DNA of 64,000 bases, taken from NCBI GenBank assembly GCA_027604505.1, contig JADIIX010000045.1, forward strand, positions 1 through 64,000, read 5' to 3'. The stretch is from Gonapodya sp. JEL0774 (Eukaryota). Below the pieces are notes generated by a model that saw nothing but the letters and a program-made list of their open reading frames with translations, did not search any database and was not told where the DNA came from. Below, piece by piece: positions 34,069 to 48,314 of this stretch. Position 1 is the stretch's first letter. The number at the start of each line of letters is the position of its first letter. A program made the translations under genes and the position numbers.

Positions 34069-36991
34069 TCACTTGAATTCCTTGTTTTCAATGGCCTCCA
34101 ACCTTCGAAGAACCTCCGCAAGCATCGCTTTCAGCTCGGCATTCTCCCCGGATGGGGTCTCTCCACTGCCAGAGGACACAACTTCAGCAGCTGGGGACAG
34201 TGGTGCCGGGGGCAATCCAACAGACTGCATCGGTCCCCTCTTTGAGATGGGCTCCGCCGTGCGCATGGTAAGGGGTGTTAAAGGGGCACTTGCCCCGCTT
34301 AATAATTGGCCAGATTGATGGATTTTGCTGGACCCGAATGCGCGCTGCAAGACCCAACAGGACAACTCATACAAATAAATTGCCAAGAGAACAGGGAACA
34401 TGAGTGTGCGGAGGAGCCGGCGATTTATTCGCGCGAATAAGACTGTGGACATGCACGGTGACAAAAGCTCGAGGAAGAGTTCGAGAATATTCAGACTTCA
34501 AAATCTTGGCGTTACTCCCATCGGAACCAGAAGCGCATCATCGACTTACGGAGGAGCAAATGGATACACATCTCCGTTCTTTGCAAAATCCACGACCAAC
34601 TGAACCAAATGAAAATCAAACTCAGCCTCCGCGTTCTTAATAATCGACTGGATGGCTTGAGAAAAAAAGGATGCAAGAATGGTCATCAGAACGATTGACT
34701 GAGAGCCACTGAATGTGAGGAACAGAATCTGGCCCCAGATCGGATCGATTCGTTTCGCGAAATCTGCACCATCTCGAGTGTAGGAGAAACCACCGACAAA
34801 AATCTAATCGCAAACAGCAGATTTTGTGGCCCCGGACACAATTAGAGAAGAGCTGTGAGAACGATTCACCCTGAACCCACCTTGGAAAGTTCTCCTAAAA
34901 TATCGAACCACGACATCTGTGCATCTGTTCCTTCCGCAACAGCAAGCGCAAATAAAGCATTGCAAAATCCAACGATGAAAACGATCACCAGCAGTATAAA
35001 CGGGTACGCCTCTGATAACATCTTCTGCGCCCCCATCATTACAACACCAAACCATTTTATCCGCTCAAAAGCTCCAATAAAACGCAGCCAGAGCGGCAAA
35101 GAAAGAAATGCGAGGGTTTCGAGGGCGAATTTGTTGTACAACAGAGTTTCATCGGGGTCCTGAGAATGGTAACTACATCACACGAATTCACTTCCCGATG
35201 ACATATGACAGGGTGAGTGTGAGACAAGAATCAACGTACCCTAAAACTCTCAAAACAAAAAACGCAGAGTACAAAGAATACATTCTGGAGAAGCACAGGC
35301 ATTTGAACTTGTTTCAAAGAAAGAAACAATCAGACTGATTGCATGACCCACACAACGTCAACCAAATTCCACAGTTGAAGGAACCATTTGAGCCCAGCAG
35401 TCCGTAGTGACTCTATTTTTTCGACGATCAGGCCCCAAGCAAGCACATGAAAGGCAATTTCGATTGGTGAAAAACGGTCCAATTTTACTGTGTATGGTTC
35501 CACAAGGGTGAGCAGAATGTACAGAGTTACGAAAATGGTGAGGACAACAACGGACAGCCAATCTTTCAGGTTTCAATTTGCGGTGTTAGAAATGCACACT
35601 TTGCAACGATGGGGACATTGTTAGATCGGAACTCACACTGTAGTCGAGGAACACGCAACTTCTCAATGTCCAACAAGTTATGTCGACTTGCTAGATAGCT
35701 CCAGCTGTCCCGATCCATGGCTGGCCGCCATGTCGAAGAATACTCTCCCCAGAAAAATGCTCTTTCATCGGTGCGAGGTGCCAAGGCTTTGGCCTTGGCC
35801 GTTGCCACCACAGACTCGTTTCGCAAGTCGCGAACGGCCCATTCTCGAAGAAACCGGTATCTTGGCCGGTCTTCATCGTCACCGAGATCCTCCCACAAGA
35901 TGCAAATGGACCCATTCCAAATGGCATGAGTTGTTGCCTGGAAGTCGTAATTTTAGGATCACACGTGAATTGGCACTCAACGTGGCACTTACTTGTACCA
36001 GGGGATGACTCGTGAACGGAAGAGCGTGAAGTCGGATCGCAAGACTCATCGCCGATTCTGATATTTCTTCTCCACTTTCCGTGGCGTGCTCTGAACTTGC
36101 GGGGAGAAGCGGTGTTCGCTCATCCTTGAAGGTATCGTATGATTCAGCAGCAAATGTTACTTTTGTGGCGAGCATTTCTTCCGGAGCAAACAATGCGGTC
36201 TGTGGGCCTGTTGACTGTGGCGGTTCCGACAGGCTCTTTGGAGAGTCGAATCTTCCATCATCAACAAACTCAAACTCGAAAAATAAGGCGTTCGTGAGGT
36301 CGCTTTCGTCATAATACCGCAGACATCGTGCCGCAACCAAGAAGGAAATCGTTGAACGAGTAGCTAACATAAACGTATAAACAAGGAGAATTGACCAAAC
36401 TCAGACGCAGATTGAAACCAACCCCAGACAGTTTTATATCCAAGGTCCACGAGTGACGCGGCGGCAAATTTCGTTGCCAGAAACAGGAGACAGAACGGAA
36501 CAGCTGCCGAATCTTCCCTGGCGATAGGAATTGGAAGGGAACGACTCGTCACTTCCTGATGCACCGAAGCTGTGCTTCGCTCTGTACTAAATCACCATTT
36601 CTGTCTGAGCTCCATCAGAATCGGTCTAATAATCCGCTCGTTCACTTCTGGTGAACCATTCTGTGAGAGGTGTTCGGGAGTTAGCGCGTAAGGAACCTAC
36701 TTAGCCCGTGGATCGTGAAAGTGAGCATTTTTAAACAGTATTTGTCAATTGCCAATCCAAGAAACGGTTTCAAGGGGTGCGAACCTTATCCACGATTAGA
36801 TAGCGAATCTGGTCCGAGATTTCTTTCACATCCACATCCTCCAATTGCTGCTGCTTGAGATATCTCAGCATGTTTTGGCTCTCCTTTTGGTCCCATCTTT
36901 GTACAAATCTGCGCAGCACTGGATGTTTCGGCCGTGATAATCGTGGGGTTCCCGAAGGGGCACGAATGTTTGGTTGAGCCTGCGCCGACAT
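34069..36991 (-). CDS. TRP-family cation channel, fungal vacuolar Yvc1/TRPY-like
   Basis: LRVPRLQ pre-S1 motif, S4-S5 LWLRFIGAFERIKWFGVVMMGAQKML..FIVGFCNALFAL, pore GGFSY, S6 VLMTILASFFSQAIQSIIKNAEAEF, YPFAPP, NRRLLRTLMFPVLLAIYLYE, and a C-terminal coiled coil. Confidence 0.8.
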
Positions 36992-37448
36992 CAAACCATA
37001 TAACGGCAAGGGGGAAGTTATAGAAGAGGTGAAAGATGCAAAATACAGCGGAGCTGATCTGGGGTGTGTCCTTTGTCCCCAAATGTGTGCCTGCGTGGAG
37101 ACAGGTCGAGATCCATAAATAATAAATTATTACTGGCGCGGAATGAGTTCACTGGGTAATGGCAGCCCAAGCCTGAGCAAACTTGTTGTGGTGAAGCGCC
37201 TGAGGCTGTCCACTATAACACCGAGGTAATGGGTCTTGTCTAGCTATCATCGCGTAATTCCATCCATGTTATGTAGAGGAAAGCTTTCACATACTGAGAT
37301 GAACCCGTTACTGTAATGATTTGACTTCGTCTGCAGAGGGGAAATGATGTTGGTGAAATGGCAGGACACACAAGCTGTGGTGGCACCACTTTCCCTTGCA
37401 TTTTCTCATTTGTGAGCTCCAACCACCTTGTTCCTTGAACATTTTCTT

Positions 37449-40339
37449 ATGGCAGGTGGCAACAAAGGCAAACGGTCTGCCGTCGGAAAAGCAGGGAGCG
37501 GTCTGGGAGACGATGGGAAACTCGGGAACAAAAGCAAGGGAAAGGACAAAGCAAAATCTCGCAACAATCCCCCACCCATCAGACGGGATCGATACGACAG
37601 AGAGCTTCAAGAAGAAGACGAAGGGCGCGCAAAGGACTTTGAAGAATCAAATGGTCTCGATTCGAGTTCCAGGTCTCGCGTAGGGAGGAAGAAACCAGGA
37701 ACCATGGACAGGATAGAACGCTGGGAAGATTTGGGTGAAGACTCCGAGGACGAATGTAAGTTCTGAGAATATCGAGTCTCCACTACACAATTGAAAGCTG
37801 ATTTATTTATGGGTGGAATGCAAAACGAAAGTCCACGCCTCGTCTGACAAAGTACTTCTTGACGCAAGTGTCTCTCGTGCTCGACGTGGGGCGGACGACG
37901 ATGCTTTTGACGAAGACGATGCGGCAGAGGAAGTTTTTGGCGTAGATGATGGAGTGGGCTCAGACGAAGAAGCAGGTAGTGATGACGGGGAGGATTATTT
38001 AGAGGAGGAAACGCCTGACGGTAGAGAGGATGGGAGAACGACGGAAGACGACTCTGACGCTGACGAATCAGATGATCCCTCTTCTGCGAATCTATCTGCT
38101 CTTCAACTATCTCGCCTGGGTCTGCGCGGCGTCCGACTACCCGCACTTGCCGCCACCTCAGACGGTTCGGCATCAGAAGGAGACGACAATGGCGCAAACC
38201 CCAATGTGGCACCGGAGTCGTGGGGTAGGCGACGCTCTGATTACTATGGAGATGACTTACATGCTGCTCTGGTGGCCAAGCGCGAAGCCGAAAAGCAACG
38301 GATGCGAGCTGGCAAGAAAGGCGCTCGTATATCCGCTCCAGAGCTCGAGGATGATTCCCTAGACCCCCGCAAACTTGAAGAAGAAGAAGCGGAGAGAATT
38401 CGTAGTGAGCAGTACAAGCGACTTGAGGCGGGAAAGTTTTGGGATGCGGAAGCTACACTGGGTGTCGAGTCGCTCCCAGCAACCAAAGATGATGCTGCAA
38501 GTGATAACGGCGATGAGACTGCTGTGGATGTCTGGGATGGTGATGATGGCATGGGCTTGGACGGTTCCGACGGAACTGCCGGTGTGCGGGATCCCAATCT
38601 TTTGGTCACATTGGAAAGTTTGCTAGAGGATTTCAGGGTAGTCGCTGAAGGCGTGCACCCCATGATTCGTGGTGTTCGGCACGGGGCGGATGTCCTGGGG
38701 GACATTGTGGCGGACCAAGCTGCCGAGGAAGAACAAGCCGAGGCGACTGCTATCGCTCGAGGAATACGCTTTTTGGAATCCAAGTATCGTGAGTTCGGTG
38801 TGACGTTTGAAACATCTTGCATATGACCCATCCCCATCTTGCTAGACGTATCCCTCTCTTATCTCCTGCACATACTCCTTTACGTTCTCCTTTGCACCAA
38901 TTCTGCATCGTCTGTAAGCGCAACACGCCACCCATGTGTTGCCGTTTTGGCAAAGCTTAGAACTTTGAATGAATCTTTGGAAACTGTTGCAGGAGAGCAA
39001 GAGGACGACGATCTTCCCATTAATGGAGAGACGAAACGAGAGCGCAAAGCAAGGAGGAGGAGGGAAAAAGAGCGGGAGAAGCTTAGAAAGGAGGGTTTGG
39101 CGTTTGTGGTGTCTCGATTGTTGGAGGACGGGACAATGGGGAAGAAAGAACGGGAGCAATTGAGGGCCGACCAAAGACAATCTCGAATATACCAGGACGC
39201 AGACGTGTCAGATGCGCATGATGAACCTGTCGACAGCATCTCCGCAGGATCCTCCAACATTGACGTGGACAAATCTGAAAGTGCCCCCAAGCTCTCAAAG
39301 CCCGCAAAAACCAAGTCAAATAACTCCAAGGCACTTTTATCTAACGGGAGCAACGATTCCGACCCTCCTAACCCGATTGCAATGCCTACGAACATACCCT
39401 TTGCCCCACTCCGAACTTCGCGGAAGCAAGAATCTCATGCTGAAAAACTCGAACGAGAGACACTGGAGGCAGAAAGAGGTGAAAAGCGAAAGAGCTTGAG
39501 GTTCCATGTTGGTCGTGTTGCTCAGGTGGGTTATCTCTCTGTCTTTTATTTCGCGTGCGGTGGGGATTCAGTGAGAGTTATCACGAAACTAAAGTTTTTT
39601 GCTGTCTCTCATCAAGTCCATTGAGCACCACAAGAAGCGTGCTAAGTTTCAGGGAGACGCGGACATTCCTTATCGTACGGGCTTTGCAAACGCTCCGAAA
39701 AGCATTGGTACCGAGAATCCAACGGACTCCGACTTGCAACCGCAGTTGTCAAAGAAGGGTGTATCCCCAGCAACTAAAGACGAGTCCTTCGACTTGGACT
39801 TTGAATCACTGTTTAAAGGAGCTGGGGACACGGAAGACGATGGAGAGTGGACCATCAATACAGGTGATGGACGAAGACGAATCACTAAAAAGCGAAAGGT
39901 CGCAGAGCCCAGTGAAAGGAGGCAGGAGGGGGAGGAGGACCCTCTGGAGTATTACGAGAGTGTGAAGAGGAGAAAACAGGAGAAGAAAGACAGAGGACGT
40001 GAGGACGAGATGTACGGCGAAGAAATGGAACTGGACGATGGGTGAGTTAACTGGAGATGGTCCCAGCTTAGAGGTCTGTTTTCCGAATGTTGCCATTCCT
40101 TTTTTAGCTTCAGCGGCCGCCGAGCACCTAACAGCAAGATTCTTACCAACCGTGGCTTGGCGCCACATCGTCCGAAAATCCAACGCAACCCTCGTCTGAA
40201 GAAACGGAAGCAATTTGAACGGAAAGTTACAAAATTGTCATCATTCAAAAGAGTTGTGGGTGAGCGGAGGGAGTCAGGATACGGCGGAGAGAAAACCGGC
40301 ATCAAAGTCGGGTTGGCACGAAGTGTTAAATTTAAATAA
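37449..40339 (+). CDS. UTP3: SSU processome component Sas10/Utp3
   Basis: Acidic N-terminus, WGRRRSDYYG, EEEEAERIR, Sas10/Utp3/C1D region (LLHILLYVLL..HPCVAVLAKLR), GDADIPYR, C-terminal ILTNRGLAPHR..NPRLKKRKQF..YGGEKTGIKVGLARSVKF. Confidence 0.9.
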
Positions 40340-40461
40340 TAATAGTAGTAATGATTGGACCTCGCATGACTACTGTAACGTGAATATACTAATAATTAGT
40401 CGAGTAAGTATATCCTCCGGCTGGTGAATCCTAATCCTTTGTCAATCAAGCGAGCACGCGG

Positions 40462-41917
40462 ATGTCAATCGAGGTAATCTTTACGGAGAAACACGCTTTG
40501 CACAATGTAAGTCTATCAATGCTTATTTTTCTCTTGTGGAATGGAGTAGGCGCTTTTATCAACATAAGTTGCTGCCCGATAAGCCCCAAGAAGAACTTGA
40601 ATATGGAAAAATAATCCCGTTTCATGAATCACCAGGACGCGTTGCCAACGTTGTCGCTGCTCTCCACTCCGGTGGAGGGTCTGCCAAGTTTCAAATCATC
40701 TCTCCCACTGATTTTGGCATCAGTCCTCTCCTTGCTGTCCACTCGGCTGATTACATAGATTACCTGAAGCATGCTCATCATGAGTGGACAGAATACGTCG
40801 GAGGAGATCCAGCACGGGGAGTTACTCCAGATGTATGGGCGACAAGGCACATTGCCGGAATCGCAGCGAAAGCGCCACCCTCTCCTATCACCAATCCCAC
40901 GCTGCCGCGATCTGTCAAAGAAGGGCTTGCGAGGGCTCGAATGGGGTGGTTGTGAGTCCTGTTCAGGGGGATTCCTGAACCCTAACGTCAATGCAAATCG
41001 TTTCCGCATATCACCTTGACAGTATATCTGACGGGCAATCAATTATAATGGAGAAATCGTGGGAGGCGTTTTACTGGGGCGCTCAGTGTGCACTGTCAGG
41101 GGCGCAACGATTGTTAGAACGAACCACAAAATCACCACCTTCGGGGGACTCCTTGGTGGCGCTGGCGCTCTGCAGGCCACCTGGGCATCATGCATTCAGG
41201 GATATTGCCGGTGAGAAACTGATTGTGATCCATGTTATTGATGACTGGCCTTATTCGCGGCGCCTCTCCGTCAGCGGGGTATTGCTTCCTGAACAACGTG
41301 GCGATAGCGGCCCAATATCTCATTCAGCGTCACGATGCGCGAGTGGCGATACTCGACGTCGACTATCATCATGGCAACGGGACTCAGTCCATATTCTACG
41401 ACAGAAGCAATCCTCTTTTTGCCTCCATCCATGCAAAGTGGGATTTTCCTCACTACTCGGGACACGAAGAGGAGAAGGGAGTAGGGGATGGACAGGGTTT
41501 TACCGTAAACGTTGCTGTTGCACGAGAGGACTGCATTGGGGATGGCGGCGAGCAAGTAGGTATCTAGGTATCTGCAGTCAGCTGTTCCTCGCCGTTCTTC
41601 CTTTTGACCAATTGCCTTTCAAGCATTATCTTGCATTGCTCACTGCAATCATTACTGATCACATTATTACCTACCGCCCTACATTCCTGCTTGTTTCCCT
41701 GGGGGTTGATGTATTCCAGCTTGATCCTGTTGGTGGGCTTGGAATAACGACTCGAGGTTTCCGTCAGGTCGGAGCCACCATTCGTGCCGGCGTGAGGCAA
41801 GTAGAGGCGTTGCTCTCAAGGAGGGTACCCACTCTGTTTGTATTGGAGGGCGGTTACGCAGTTGGGGATATGGGGAGCAATGTTGTTGAAGTGATTAATG
41901 GATATGACGCCGGTTGA
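40462..41917 (+). CDS. Acetylpolyamine amidohydrolase (bacterial-type APAH, arginase/deacetylase fold)
   Basis: MSIEVIFTEKHALHN|PQEELEYGKIIPFHESPGRV, VHSADYIDYL, CRPPGHHA, GYCFLNN, LDVDYHHGNGTQ, SLGVD..DPVG, LEGGY. Spliceosomal introns present. Confidence 0.85.
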
Positions 41918-42128
41918 TTTATGTGAGTGTCGACTGACATACCGCGGCTCTCGGTGTCAGAATCCATCTGAAAAGGCAGAGGTGGGACCTATTTGTTGCT
42001 GTTTAAATCACCTTTGTTTTTGTATTTCCAATTGCTTAGTGCTTCGGCAAGTATTTTGTCAAGCTTTTGCAATAATACATATCAAATCACATGCATATGA
42101 AGCTCCCAGTATCATCCTCCACCCCCAC

Positions 42129-44652
42129 TCAGGGATTCACCAACGGGTCCTTCAAGACCATAGGTACAACTACCTTCATGGCTGCCCATATCTCTTCTCC
42201 TACAGGAAGAATGGATTCAGGTGGTAGAATGAAGCCCTAAAAGTGGCATGGGGGGTTGGAATTGCAGGGATTCAGTTCCCGCAGAATGAATCAAGATTGG
42301 AAACTCACAGCTCCTCCCCAGCCACCTTCCGCCGCGCTTGGCCTCAGTTCAATTGTGTATCTAAGATGTATGATGTGGTTAATGCCTGAATTGATCAAAC
42401 ATCTTTATGGTTCTGAGGTAACATCCTTCATCCAACTCACCCGTACACCCTGCCTTTGTTGTCTCGATCTTCCGTCACCTTCTTGCCGACATCAGCGCTA
42501 TAGAACCAATCCTCGGCAGTGCCAGACGCCGCGTAGAGGCTTCATGAGATCTCAGAGTGAGAACAAGATCCCTCAACGTGTTCAGTCAAGCAGTACGATA
42601 AACTCACTCGATCTCCCGTTCGCTCACATACTTCTTCCCCGACGTGGCCCGAATAGCTTCTCTTGCGGCATCGCCGACCGCTTTGAGCTTCGCGTCGTGA
42701 GGCTATGATTAGGAATCCAAAATTGTGTCAGTTCGACAACGTCCGCACATCAGCTGGACTGTATCATGCCCGAATTCCTGTTGGAATCGTTTTTTAGCCA
42801 GGCTACTTACAGAGGGTGCATGCTCGTAGCCCAAGGGTCTGAGCACCAACTGCGAGTACGAGTGGAAGTCGATGGCCAACACAGCACGCTTCATGTGGGA
42901 TAAAAAGTACGAGGTGAGGACTTGGGTCTCGGGCTCGGACAGAGGCGACGGGCCCTGGTACGCTTCGGAGTACGGATCGCGGGAAGCACCACCCTGTGTC
43001 GAGAAAGTCGACAGATTCATGGGCTCGTGAGATGAACTGGACTTCTTAAACTGAGAGTCAAGAGGAGACTAACCGTTCCCCAACTTGGTAGCGTGAGCGG
43101 TCGTTGATTGATTAAGAAGCGAGAGGAGTGGACCACCGATCAGTCAATTGCTGTCGGTGTTAGCTTGGCAAACACAATCATTCTTACGCACCCATCGGGG
43201 TAGTTCCTGTGGACGAACAACCGTGCGAGGAGGGGAAGTCAAACCCAACAGCACACACAATCAAGCTCCAAAATCACTGCCACACCTGTTCAAGTCCACT
43301 CCGTAGGTTCCTTTCACCGGTCTCCTGTTCTTCCTCCACAATCTGTTCTTGTTCCAAGCGTAATCGTACCCATCGGGATTCACGGCCGGGATAATAGTAA
43401 ACTCCGTTTGATTCAAAACCGAGACCGCCCATTCGTGATCAACATCCGCCGCATCCCCGTAAGCCGTGACGAGCCTGTGTGCAAGGTACTGCACCGTAGC
43501 ACCAGCGATCCACTCGCGGGCGTGTATCATCCCTTGCCACCACACCTGTTTGACTCCGACAGCGTCGCGGACTTCCGCAGGCACAGAGCAGATGGTGAAG
43601 GCGGCAAGGTCACGGCCTTCGTAGGTCTTACCGATAGAAGGGGTGAAGGTGGCGATGGAAGGGTTGGCGGCGGCGAGGGAGGAGAAGAAAGTGATGATGT
43701 CTGGATAGGAGTCTGGTAGAGGGAGTTCGATCTCGTGTTAGGGAACAGAGTAATCGTCCGAAATTGCTGCGAAAACATTGGACAGACAATAAGGACGCTT
43801 CACTTGCTACTCACGGTACTCTTTAAACCAAGAATTGGGTGAAGGTGAAGGTTTGGGCGCTGGCCCAGGGAGTGGCTGATAGCCGAGAGAAAGAAAAGGG
43901 AAATCAGAAAGGTTGAGAGTAAGTCACAATTCAAAGGACTGCGCGGTCGAATGGAGGACGAAACCAACAGGTTTGTCTACTCATCGACCGACAACCTTCG
44001 CGTCCTCATTCCTACAAGAGTGAGAGCTGCCCGGCATCAAACATTACAGGGATGGCGCTCAAAGTTGTCCCTTTCTTTCCACCACTCGCTGCATGACTTT
44101 GTCCCAAAAGCTCACCTTCTTTTTCATTTCACGCATCTGCTCCTCTCCAAACAGCCTGATCCTCTCCCCCTCAATAGCCTCTTGAATATTTTCGCTCACT
44201 ACCAGCAGTTTAACCCTTTCATCTCGGTCAATCTTCAGGCTGTCTTTGACAATCGCCAGTTCGTCGACCGAACAGCGAACGTCGATCGCATACGCTCCGC
44301 TGTGCATCTTTTGCACCCCCCACACGTCAAGTCTCAATGCATCCTCAAGATAAAAAACAAGGCCGTCACGGTACGCGCGGGCGTCAGCGAGAGCCTGGAT
44401 GCGGGCGTCGGCGGAGAGTTGTTCTATCGTGGGTTCGGGATAGATTACGAGTCTGACGAGTTTCTCCCCGTCAAAGCGAACACGATGAGATTCGTCTGTG
44501 GGGATTCCGATTGAGCTCGCATGGCTCGAGGGAATGCGCCTGTCGCCGAGGGGAAGATCGACTAGTGAAGATTTTGGGGCTGCGGAGACGCAGGCGCACG
44601 CGACCAGAAACAACAGAGTTGCGATAAAGGCACAAGCGGGAAGCCGGGCCAT
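42129..44652 (-). CDS. Secreted zinc carboxypeptidase A/B (M14A) with propeptide
   Basis: Signal peptide, IHAREW (Zn ligands), NPDGY, WRKNRR, GVDLNRN, SEPET, IDFHSYSQ, YTIELR, GFILPP. Stop at 42129. Confidence 0.9.
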
Positions 44653-45787
44653 TGTGAAGGGCGGTGTTGTGACAGCTGGAGCTCGTGACCTCGTTGTTCA
44701 GTGCGTAATCGACCGAAGTCAGCAGGTGGCAGCGCTGTCCCAACTGGCACATCGGGCACCTTCACCTGCTTTATCGTGAGCTTATTACCACGATACTCCT
44801 CCATTAGCACTCACCCCCTTTGGTCCGATCAATCTGTTTTTGTCGGCGTATTCATTTTAGATGCATAAAACTAACAAGCGGCAGCTGCCATCTTCCAGGC
44901 ACACAAAACCTCGTCCATGTAAGCACACGCGTGCTATCCATCCCCATCAACTGCGTTCTTTTGTTAAACCTTGTCTTATTGTGTGTTTCTTGATTCAGGA
45001 TACCCCTGTGACATTCTGAAGCATCACTTCACCCTCTCGCATCGACCAAATCATAGTAAGGTCCTGTGGATTCGTGGCGTCAATTGGATGTCGCTGGGAC
45101 TTCACTGCCACTTGAGGTCAGTCCTCGGATCTCGATTGCGGCTTGCGTCACAACGCACGTGGTGGAGAGACGGGGCATTGTTCCAGCTGGTTTGTTCAGT
45201 CAGTTTTACGGGGCTTTCAGCTGCTGCAAAAGATGTATCCTGCATTTACGAATGATTCGGAGTAAGGTATCGCTTAGGTCTCCGTCGAGTCGAAGAGAGG
45301 TCGCCATTGTGTCCGTCGCTTGTCTACTTACCATCCCAGCAGCCGTCGCTTCCAAAGAATGCCCAGATGAAACGTGGCACGAATGGAGTCTTGGTGACCA
45401 ATTGACGTGAGCCACGCCTTGAGGTCTCGAAATCAATACCTTTTCCTCTCTCTAATTCCATTGGCGTTTGTCCTCGACACCATGAATTTATATATTGCTT
45501 CATGTACTAACTGATTGCTCTGGCAAATCCTTGGACTCAGACATATTTACAAGTAAAATCTGTAACAGCTGTCTTGTGACCCAACATGGATGTGCGCTGA
45601 ATGGTAGTTTTCTGATCCGCAATCCTGGAGATCAAAGCGTGCAGCGGGAGTGGACTGAGGCGCGCCAGCACATGTTCTCCATTATCCAGCCCGGCACGTA
45701 AACAAGGAGGGTCGCTGTTGATCGGTCTCAATTTCAATATATACATATGAACGATGACAAACTAGGCTCTCGTCAAGAGTGGTATTA

Positions 45788-46835
45788 TCAACTCGATGGG
45801 AACAGTAAACCTGAAACAAAGGAGGTGTGCATACTCATATGTGATTCCAATATGATGTACAACCTCAACTCGGTTGATGGGCAACCCACCAATTTCCTGT
45901 CGTGCGCTCTCTTGAGAGTCGGATCCATGGAATGCGTTTCTATGTTCATGGTAGGAACCGAAGAAATGAAAATCGTAGATGAGACACAGCCGCTGTGTGT
46001 CCACCGAAAGCTCACTTCCCAGTCACCAACTGTCTGATGCACTCACCTCGTGTCCGTGACGGCCATGTCACATCTCAAAGTGCCGAAGGCGTGACGAGCA
46101 GGAACGGCACGAGTTGGGCCGATGAGGTGGCGCCAATCTTTGGTTCGTGGTAACAGGTATCTCAAAGCCAGTGAAGGAGAGAAGGACTACGATACGGCTA
46201 CTGACCTGCTATCGCGTTCTCCTTTTCAAGACTCCAAATGCACATCGATTGGCCAGGCGGTTTGTCCCTCAACGCTTTGAGCCATGTCCCACCGTAGGCA
46301 AGCAGGTTGATGCCAGCACTCACACCATTGCAATAATGGGTCCACTTGACTGCAATTGAGAAGTTGGCGTAGAGAGTGTGAGAGTGTGAAGTATGTTATG
46401 CAGTCGGACAGCACGATACCAGGACTGCAAAGCGTTATGCCTATCGGAGAACCCACCATGTATCCACAGAGTCTTTTGAAGAAGAAGCGTCCTCTAGATG
46501 CAATCGTTTTCAGCGAAGGGGATTGACATCATAAGTGAGCGCGCCTGAGGTGCTGTGGGTACCATCGAATTACACAAAGTAACAGGGTGAGGGGACTCAC
46601 CGATGTTGACTGTAGAACTCTCTTGCGTCGTCCAAGCTCCACGTCAGGGTTTTCTCCTTTCTATGATGCCACAAGCGCTTGCAATCACTCTGATTCAAAA
46701 TCAGGTGGACACCTTTGCCGTTGATCCTCACGTCACCGTGAAACCCTCCAAGGCAAGCCGATTACGGACAGATGAGACGAGATGCGGATTGGCGGCGACG
46801 GATGGTTTTATGAGGGCGAGAGTTCGCTTCGACAT
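45788..46835 (-). CDS. NME6: Nucleoside diphosphate kinase 6-like (group II NME), many short exons
   Basis: MSKRTLALIKPSVAANPH, AREFYSQHRGRFFFKRLCGYMSSGPIIAM, WRHLIGPT, RNAFHGSDSQESARQEIGLLFP. The HRGRFF..RL..M.SGP and RN.HGSDS pattern is NME6-like. Confidence 0.8.
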
Positions 46836-48314
46836 TTTTGTTGTGTAAGCTTCACTGCGACATCCATCAGCAAAACGGGCCTCGTATCCGACTTTGGCAA
46901 ATTCTATAAGGGTATTCGGAGCAATGTTTGGATATATACAGGTGTGTTTATCCATATTTATTGTATTTGAAACATGCAAAATGTGTCTGGGTATAGCAGT
47001 GGTTGTATTTGGATACATGTTGTAGTGAGTACGTGAGAGGTGAGGGGTGAGGGGTGATTGTTGAGGACCTGGGTGACTGGTGGACCCGAGTCGCGGCACG
47101 GTGGAGTGATGGAGGCGGCATGGAGCCATCAGAGAGTGACCAACATCCCATGTTCCGCACCTCGACCTCGCGGTAAACCTACTCCACTGGCCCTCTTCTC
47201 GCCACCACATCGGGTCGTGCTCCCATCTCCCTGCCACACACCATCCAGGCCACGCACCACCGCCATCCACCTACTCACTTCCCCTCCCGCCCCACCCACC
47301 GGCGAGCGCCGCCGGCCCTGCGCCACCCCATCCACGGCACCCGAGGCGGGCGATGGGTCTACGGCGGAGAGGGTAGGTCGGTGGAGATGGGGTGGTGAGA
47401 CGGGTGGGGGACGGTGAGGGTGTATGTAGTGTGGGAGTGAAGTGTGATCGAGAACGATTGTGGTAATAAGCATGAAATTAGGATGTGTGATATGTATGCC
47501 ATACGACCAACCAAACCAGCTGAAATAACACAACAAAACAGAAAACAGAAAGAAAAATAAATGTTAAAGCAGAAAAGAAGGACAAAAGTTTGGGGGAGGG
47601 GAAAGGACCGGACACCAGTGCGCGGACACCATGTCCCACCCCACCCCACCCCACCCCATCCCACCCCACGCCTCGAGCCATTGGTCAGTGTCCATCACCC
47701 TCTCCCGTGTTTCGTCGTTGGGCGTTGTGCGCTGTACTGTGTTGGGGCGTGCCACGTCACCTATGGTCATTTTGGCCTTGGCCGGGTCGGAGTCGGGGTC
47801 GGTGCCCTTGCCACACCCCGGTCCACCACTGGCATCTCCACACTTGACCCAGCCGTCCTGAGTCCTGAGTCCCGAACAACCCACCACCCACCCACCCACC
47901 CACACCGACAACACACACACATCCGTTGCCCGTATCCTGTCCGTTCCGCCCCCGCCCCGACCGATCGATCGATCGATCCAGGACGCCCACAGAGTCCCGG
48001 GTGCGGGTGCCCCCTTATCTGGCGTCGAGGAAACAGACGGAGCGAGGAGGGGGATGGGAAATGTGGTGGGATGTGGGATGTGCGTTGGGCACGCACTGTC
48101 CCTCCACGCTCATGACCGTCCCCGTCCGTCCACTGGCAAAACACAGTCCAGCCCACGGCACCTCGCACCTCCCGCCGTCGACGCGACCACCACCGACCCA
48201 TCCCCCCCCCCCCCCCCCCCCGCCCGATTCCCCGGTCCGCCGACTCAAACCCAGGTTTCACGTTCCCCGTCGCACCGACCCCGACCCGGACCCCGACACC
48301 CCGATCTCCCCATC

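Noticed and set aside
44860..45701. Possible small spliced plus-strand gene
   Set aside because: Splice-like signals exist, but I could not assemble an open frame or recognise a product.
47058..48300. Many overlapping ORFs with G/C homopolymer runs
   Set aside because: Low-complexity GC-rich sequence downstream of MMADHC with no coherent protein.
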